NCBI GenBank assembly: GCA_018260615.1
Contig: JAGWDQ010000039.1
Coordinates: 1 to 10,813, forward strand
Source: Candidatus Altarchaeum sp.
GTDB lineage: Archaea; Altiarchaeota; Altiarchaeia; Altiarchaeales; Altiarchaeaceae
DNA length: 10,813 bases
Direction: 5' to 3'
The position numbers and the translations under genes were made by a program. This document shows, one piece after another, positions 6,246 through 10,813 of the stretch. Position 1 is the first letter of the stretch. Every line of letters starts with the position of its first letter. The notes beneath the pieces were generated by a model. The model was given only the letters and a program-made list of their open reading frames with translations, was not told the origin of the DNA and made no database searches.

Positions 6246-6512
6246 TTACTTTTGATTTTTATCATCCTTTTTATTTTTTGATTCGTCTGAAAGAAGCATT
6301 GACATATAAAAAGCAGCAACCGTATCGTTCTGTGCTTGAACAACATCTTCCTGAGTAAAATTTTTGCCTTCCTGCACTTTTGAAACAAACTCGCTAATAT
6401 TATTATGAGAAACCCGTAATGCCTGAACGACCTGTTTTGCTACTATCGTTTTAAATTTAGCGGATTCTTTTTCCTCATCATCTTCACATTCATTATCTAT
6501 TTTTTCCTCCAT
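6246..6512 (-). CDS. Hypothetical 88-aa soluble protein with an acidic N-terminus, embedded in the corrinoid operon
   Basis: The start overlaps the btuF-like 3' end by 16 nt and the stop lies 10 nt before the cobO start. It fills the gap exactly and has a natural-looking composition. I recognise no family. Confidence 0.7.
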   Translation of the reverse strand: MEEKIDNECEDDEEKESAKFKTIVAKQVVQALRVSHNNISEFVSKVQEGKNFTQEDVVQAQNDTVAAFYMSMLLSDESKNKKDDKNQK

Positions 6513-8533
6513 TTTAAGAAAACTATTAAAATTACTGCAAGGGCTATAAAAAGATATAAAAATAAATCATTATAATTTTTGTTAATGTCTTTTTTTGTTT
6601 CATTAGGTGTTTCGCCATAAGTTTCATTTTCAGTTATGTTATCTTTTTCAGCGGCAACTGAAATTTGTTCCGATGGAATATAACCTTCTTTTTCTGCTTT
6701 AAGAGTTAATGATGTCGTTGTAACTTTATATTCAATTTTTCCGTTATCGTTTGCTGTTTGTTCAACGCCGTTGATCGTAACTTTCGCGTTTGGAACCGGA
6801 TTTTTGTTTTCGCCAGTTACTGTGATAGTAATTGTATCCCTCTGCTTCACTTTTTCGGCAACATCTATTTTTAATTTTCCTATTGCTTTGACATCAAATA
6901 AAATGCTTGAGCCCTTGTAGTCATTTGCTGATGTAGAGGCATCTAAACCTGTTTGTATTATTTTAATTTGTTTTGTGACAATTCCATTTGCATCTGTCTT
7001 TAATTTTTCTCCGTAAATTTCAACTTCTGCATCCTGGACGGATTTTCCATCTTTTGTTGTTACTTTAAATTTAAATTCGTCTCCGTATTTCTCGCCTGAA
7101 ATCTTTGTTATGTTTAAAGTTCCAATATAAACATTAATTGTCTTTGTGAAATTTTTAAAGCCGGATTTTGAAATTGTTATTTCTGCACTTCCATAATCGG
7201 GAATTGTTAATGTTACATCTCCGTTTTCATCCGATTTAAATTTCCTTGCTTCGTTTTTAACTTTTATTGTTATCTCAACATCCTTAAAATTTCCACCTAA
7301 ATTTAATGTTTGTTTCAGACCAAAAATTTCTGAAATGTTAAAAATTTCCGGTGGAAAGACATTTTCTTTCGCATTCAATGGTTTGTTTTCGCTATCTGCA
7401 TAAACATATTTAGCGGGCGATGTTCCGTCCCCTCCTGAACTGCCATGTCCTGCAGAAATTTTTTCAGAAGATTTTTCCTTACATGTTCCGTTTTCACAAT
7501 ACTCTGTTTTACATTCTTTACCAAATACACAAATTTCATCATTTAATTTAAGACATATATGTATTGAAGAAATACATTTTCCTGATGTGCAATCAGCATT
7601 GTTTTCACAATATTTCGGAATATTTTTATATTGATATGAAATTATCATTCCCACAACACATTCCATAGCATCAATTACCCTCGGAGAATCCCTTGAAATA
7701 ATATCTTCGTTAATTTTATAAACATTATTATTTTTTACCGCTTTTAAAATTTTAAAATTAGGATTGTTTATTACTTCTCCATAATAATCAAATGAGTATC
7801 CTATATCTGGTGATGGATCTGAAACAATTATAATATCAGGGTCTCTGTGGATAAGTGTTTCAACAGAAACCGGTTGCCACTTATTTATATCAGAATAAGT
7901 ATTTATCCCGCCGGATGTTTCAATTATATCGTTTATAAAGGTGTTTTTTCCAGATACCCATAAAGGATTTATCCCTGCAATCTCTGCAACAGACGGAGTT
8001 GAAAAGATTAATGCTTTTTTTGTTTTCTTTACTTCTTCTGTTCTCTCTTTCATGTTGTTTATTAAATTTTCACCTTCATTTTTCTTTCCCAAATACTTGG
8101 CAATTGTTCTTATGTTGTAATACATTCCGTCAAAATTTTCAGATATATTAATTCTGATAATAGTAATATTTGCGTCCTGCAATAATTTAATATCATCCGG
8201 ATCTGTTAAATCATGAGCAAAAACCAAATCAGGTTTTAAGGAAATAATTTTTTCAATACTTGGAGTAACATAGCCACCAATTTTTGTTTTACTTTTTGCA
8301 TCTTCCGGATAATTACAAAATATTGTAACTCCTATAAGATAATCCTCCCCGTTTATAGCATAAATATCTTCTGTTATTGATGGTGATATCGAAATAACTT
8401 TTTCATAATGGACACATGAATTGTTTTTTAGATATGTTCCTTCATCACAGGTTATGTTTTCCCCCAATGAAATTTGAATAAATGCAAATACAATAAAAAT
8501 TCCAAATATTCCCAACAATAAATTTTTTCTCAT
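6497..8533 (-). CDS. btuF: BtuF-type substrate-binding protein fused to Cys-rich repeats, Ig-like stalk repeats and a C-terminal TM anchor, 678 aa
   Basis: N-terminal signal peptide. Residues ~44-298 carry KVISISPSITEDIYAI...IGVTIFCNYP...SIEKIISLKPDLVF...VSVETLIHRDPDII...SPRVIDAME (Peripla_BP_2/BtuF). These are followed by Cys-rich repeats, beta-rich repeats with [ST]D-x-NG-like turns, and the C-terminal LFLYLFIALAVILIVFL-KWRKK. Confidence 0.85.
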   Translation of the reverse strand: MRKNLLLGIFGIFIVFAFIQISLGENITCDEGTYLKNNSCVHYEKVISISPSITEDIYAINGEDYLIGVTIFCNYPEDAKSKTKIGGYVTPSIEKIISLKPDLVFAHDLTDPDDIKLLQDANITIIRINISENFDGMYYNIRTIAKYLGKKNEGENLINNMKERTEEVKKTKKALIFSTPSVAEIAGINPLWVSGKNTFINDIIETSGGINTYSDINKWQPVSVETLIHRDPDIIIVSDPSPDIGYSFDYYGEVINNPNFKILKAVKNNNVYKINEDIISRDSPRVIDAMECVVGMIISYQYKNIPKYCENNADCTSGKCISSIHICLKLNDEICVFGKECKTEYCENGTCKEKSSEKISAGHGSSGGDGTSPAKYVYADSENKPLNAKENVFPPEIFNISEIFGLKQTLNLGGNFKDVEITIKVKNEARKFKSDENGDVTLTIPDYGSAEITISKSGFKNFTKTINVYIGTLNITKISGEKYGDEFKFKVTTKDGKSVQDAEVEIYGEKLKTDANGIVTKQIKIIQTGLDASTSANDYKGSSILFDVKAIGKLKIDVAEKVKQRDTITITVTGENKNPVPNAKVTINGVEQTANDNGKIEYKVTTTSLTLKAEKEGYIPSEQISVAAEKDNITENETYGETPNETKKDINKNYNDLFLYLFIALAVILIVFLKWRKK

Positions 8534-8544
8534 CCTGTTCTTTT

Positions 8545-10260
8545 CTATTTTTCTATTATTATTTTTTCAATCAATTTTAGAATCTCAAGTAAATTTATGT
8601 CTTCTTTTCTTATACATTCTTCGGAATAATCGGAATAATTTTTTCCGGATAAATATTCCAACGCAGTTACAACATCAAATATGTCAATTAAATTATCATT
8701 ATCAAAATCACCTTCCACACACCATGAATAATTTTCCACACTCTTTCCTATTGTTGCATTAAGCAAAATAACATCTCCGTCCTCTGCACAATAATGTCCG
8801 CCGACACCGCACCAATTATTTGAATTTCCTCCGGGTCCCATACCTATTTCCATTGATGTCCAATTGGTTTCATTAATTTTGTGCATTTCAAATCCCCACC
8901 ACCAACTCCAATCAGATGGAGAGCAGGTATTGTTGATGCAATTTAAGAAGAATCCTGATGAATAATCAGTTGTTCCACTGAAATTTATTCCACTTGCATC
9001 TAAAATTTCCTTTCCGTTTGCATATTCATTAACTTTAACACATTTCTTTATGGTCTCATTATTTGGATATTTTATAACTAATCCAACGGTTATGTTTTTT
9101 GCTGGCGATTTACAAACTTTATTAACACCTTCATCAACACATTTGTTGCTTATACATTCTGAATTTGATAAACAATGACAAATGTTGGTACAGGAATAAT
9201 TAAAACCCGCAGAAATATCTTTATAATTTAGTCCCAAAGTGCAGGAATTATTATCTCCGGAATTTTCAGTTGCATTGATTGTTCCGTTAAATACCGCAAT
9301 ATCTATACTATTTTCACAAATTTTATTCGAAATGATTGTATTATTTGTAGATGAATTTATATAGATTCCATATTCAAAATTTCCCAAAATTGTATTATAA
9401 GCAATAGTATTATTTGTTACATTTTGGGGATAACACACATTATTTACGGGATGACATTTTGTCAAAAAAATCCCGTTTTTGTTGTTTTTTATTGTATTGT
9501 TATAAATTTCGTTAAAACCTGAACCATAATAAAGATATATTCCAAAATATGTGTTGTTATAAATAGTGTTATTTAAAATTTTGTTGTGATTAGGCCCTGC
9601 CCATCCAAAAATTATTCCCCACTTATTGTTGTAAAGATTATTGTTTCTTAATGTGTTATTTTGTGTTGCACTTCCATAAAATCCAATTCCTCCTTTGTTG
9701 TTATAACCGGTATTATTTTCTATTACATTGTTATTTCCAGGAGATGAATCTATTCCGTCAAGTTTTATTGAATAACATGTATTGTTTATTATTTTACTAT
9801 CGGATGCACCGGAAAGAGAAATTCCGCAGCTTGACATGTGATGAACCATGTTATTTATTATTGTATAATTTTTCATACTTCCGCCCATTGATAAAGGAAC
9901 AGGAATAATTCCATTGCTAAAATTACTTATTTCAAAATTTTTTATAGTGATATTTTCTTTATTATTTGTAATAATTCCAACAGTATACACATCTCCTAAA
10001 TAGTTAATTTCATGCCCTGTTAAATTGTATCCGTTTCCATCTAATATTATGTTATGTGCATTCACTATTAAACCATTTCCCTGACATGTTAAACTACAAT
10101 TCAAAACACAACTTTCATTAACATAATCTCCGCATTTATAAATTGTATTTGTATTTGCACCGATACATCCGCAGTCCGCATTTACATAAGATGCAAACAA
10201 AACAAATAAAATTCCGATTATTCCTGTTTCAATTGCCCCTTTTTTAAATTTTATATCCAT
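8545..10260 (-). CDS. Secreted surface protein: right-handed beta-helix (NosD/CASH-like) + Cys-rich linker + DUF4430/transcobalamin-C-terminal-like domain + dockerin-like tail, 571 aa
   Basis: Signal peptide ending ...YVNA|D; IILDGNGYNLTG and repeated I-x-NN-T/GI-x-L units. Residues ~389-500 read GFFLNCIN...WWWGF...HYCAEDGDVILL (DUF4430-like by eye), and residues ~514-571 read GDFDNDNLIDIFDVVTALEYL (dockerin-like). More than 20 N-x-S/T sequons. Domain calls are by motif recognition only. Confidence 0.8.
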   Translation of the reverse strand: MDIKFKKGAIETGIIGILFVLFASYVNADCGCIGANTNTIYKCGDYVNESCVLNCSLTCQGNGLIVNAHNIILDGNGYNLTGHEINYLGDVYTVGIITNNKENITIKNFEISNFSNGIIPVPLSMGGSMKNYTIINNMVHHMSSCGISLSGASDSKIINNTCYSIKLDGIDSSPGNNNVIENNTGYNNKGGIGFYGSATQNNTLRNNNLYNNKWGIIFGWAGPNHNKILNNTIYNNTYFGIYLYYGSGFNEIYNNTIKNNKNGIFLTKCHPVNNVCYPQNVTNNTIAYNTILGNFEYGIYINSSTNNTIISNKICENSIDIAVFNGTINATENSGDNNSCTLGLNYKDISAGFNYSCTNICHCLSNSECISNKCVDEGVNKVCKSPAKNITVGLVIKYPNNETIKKCVKVNEYANGKEILDASGINFSGTTDYSSGFFLNCINNTCSPSDWSWWWGFEMHKINETNWTSMEIGMGPGGNSNNWCGVGGHYCAEDGDVILLNATIGKSVENYSWCVEGDFDNDNLIDIFDVVTALEYLSGKNYSDYSEECIRKEDINLLEILKLIEKIIIEK

Positions 10261-10295
10261 TCTTGCTTTTTTAAATTTACCCTTTTTATTTTTTT

Positions 10296-10349
10296 ATTAT
10301 TTATATATTATTTTTATATATTATTATTTATTTATATTATTGGTTAATT
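10296..10349 (-). promoter_or_regulatory. Candidate archaeal-type promoter region for the corrinoid operon (reiterated TATA-like boxes)
   Basis: The minus strand reads AATATAAATA...AATATATAAAA...AATATATAAATA about 35-90 nt upstream of the ATG at 10260. The very AT-rich background lowers specificity. Confidence 0.35.
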
Positions 10350-10366
10350 TAACCAACTTAATATAA
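10350..10366. promoter_or_regulatory. Perfect 8-1-8 inverted repeat TTGGTTAA-T-TTAACCAA, candidate transcription-factor operator
   Basis: Exact dyad symmetry centred on 10358, in the intergenic region upstream of the operon's first gene. Confidence 0.55.
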
Positions 10367-10452
10367 TTAGGACTAAATAACTAAATATTTAAATTTAAAT
10401 TTTACCTGATTTCGTAATTTAATGCGTAATTTAATGAATAAATTTATTAAGT

Positions 10453-10536
10453 ATGATTCTTGCCGACCTTCATTTGCACAGCAAATACAGCAGAGCAACA
10501 AGTCCGTTGATGAATGTTATTGATTTAAGAAGATAA
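10453..10536 (+). pseudogene. 5' remnant (27 codons) of an endonuclease Q / PHP-domain gene
   Basis: Manual translation gives MILADLHLHSKYSRATSPLMNVIDLRR*. ADLH[IL]HSKYSRATS is the characteristic N-terminal PHP motif of EndoQ/TIGR00375-type proteins. No recognisable continuation in any downstream frame. It is absent from the ORF track. Confidence 0.8.
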
Positions 10537-10646
10537 TTGATAAAAGTATTTAGAAATTAAAAGAATCTTGGAAAAGTCGTTAAGTTGACAAACATATATT
10601 TTCGGTAGTGATTAAGAAGTAAGGTTCTTAAAAATAAATTCCTGGA

Positions 10647-10711
10647 TAAATCACCTCGCTTACACTCGGAGATTTTTGAAAATTACAGGTTTTCAAAAAT
10701 GCCTGTAATTT
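10647..10711. repeat. Dispersed REP/MITE-like palindromic element, copy 2
   Basis: TAAATCACCTCGCTT-ACA-CTCGGAGATTTT matches 4-33 (27/30). It is followed by the hairpin ATTTTTGAAAA-TTACAGG-TTTTCAAAAAT (10672-10700) and by CCTGT. Confidence 0.75.
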
Positions 10712-10813
10712 AAATGTAAATGTTAACATCCAACCTTACATGTTTATCACTACTATATCCCATTAGCACGAAAATTAAGCACTAAAAAAACAGGTATTTT
10801 TTCTAATTTTTTT

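Noticed and set aside
6236-6388. N-terminal extension of cobO given by the ORF track (232 aa)
   Set aside because: It overlaps the 88-aa ORF in another frame and has no family motifs. Homology begins at MENGLTHIYTG (ATG 6235).
9651-9908. Plus-strand 85-aa ORF
   Set aside because: Antisense to the beta-helix repeats of the 571-aa gene, with no independent support.
10177-10260. Class III (prepilin-type) signal peptide in the 571-aa protein (KKG|AIE...)
   Set aside because: KKG-A is suggestive, but there is no +5 Glu, the hydrophobic stretch ends in a good signal peptidase I site (VNA|D), and the mature protein is not pilin-like. Left as an ordinary Sec signal.
10261-10646. Cobalamin riboswitch upstream of the operon
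   Set aside because: I found no GGGAA...CCC/GCCACTG B12-box core on the minus strand. The leader is extremely AT-rich, and the GC-richer patch at 10453-10536 is explained by the EndoQ remnant.
1-10813. Autonomous mobile element (transposase or integrase) bounded by the two REP-like copies
   Set aside because: No transposase, integrase or recombinase ORF is in the window, and the copies are direct rather than terminal inverted repeats with no evident target-site duplication.
10712-10813. Partial gene at the right edge
   Set aside because: Frames checked by hand on both strands close within about 20 codons and show no recognisable motif.

Overview
AT-rich (roughly 30% GC by eye) prokaryotic window. 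It is probably archaeal (inference from a secreted beta-helix/dockerin protein rich in N-x-S/T sequons and an EndoQ-type gene remnant); an Altiarchaeota-like origin is only a guess. All nine credible genes lie on the minus strand and form a corrinoid (vitamin B12) acquisition locus. In transcription order they are: a secreted beta-helix + DUF4430/transcobalamin-like + dockerin-like protein; a BtuF-type binding protein on an Ig-like stalk with a C-terminal membrane anchor; an 88-aa orphan; a CobO/BtuR adenosyltransferase; a Dph6/DUF71-like PP-loop enzyme; a glutaminase-less asparagine-synthase-like PP-loop enzyme with a Zn ribbon; an interposed COG1373-type AAA+ ATPase; and the BtuC-like permease and BtuD-like ATPase. 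My main hypothesis is a 'capture, re-amidate, adenosylate' corrinoid scavenging and repair system. The non-coding DNA is also unusual. A 146-bp x3.3 tandem array reiterates the btuC-btuD junction around a hairpin-rich 97-bp insert, a dispersed REP-like element occurs at both ends of the window, A/T-tract hairpins recur in several intergenic gaps, a perfect 8-1-8 palindrome lies upstream of the locus, and an un-annotated 27-codon EndoQ/PHP gene remnant is present on the plus strand. No cobalamin riboswitch, CRISPR array, tRNA or rRNA was seen.
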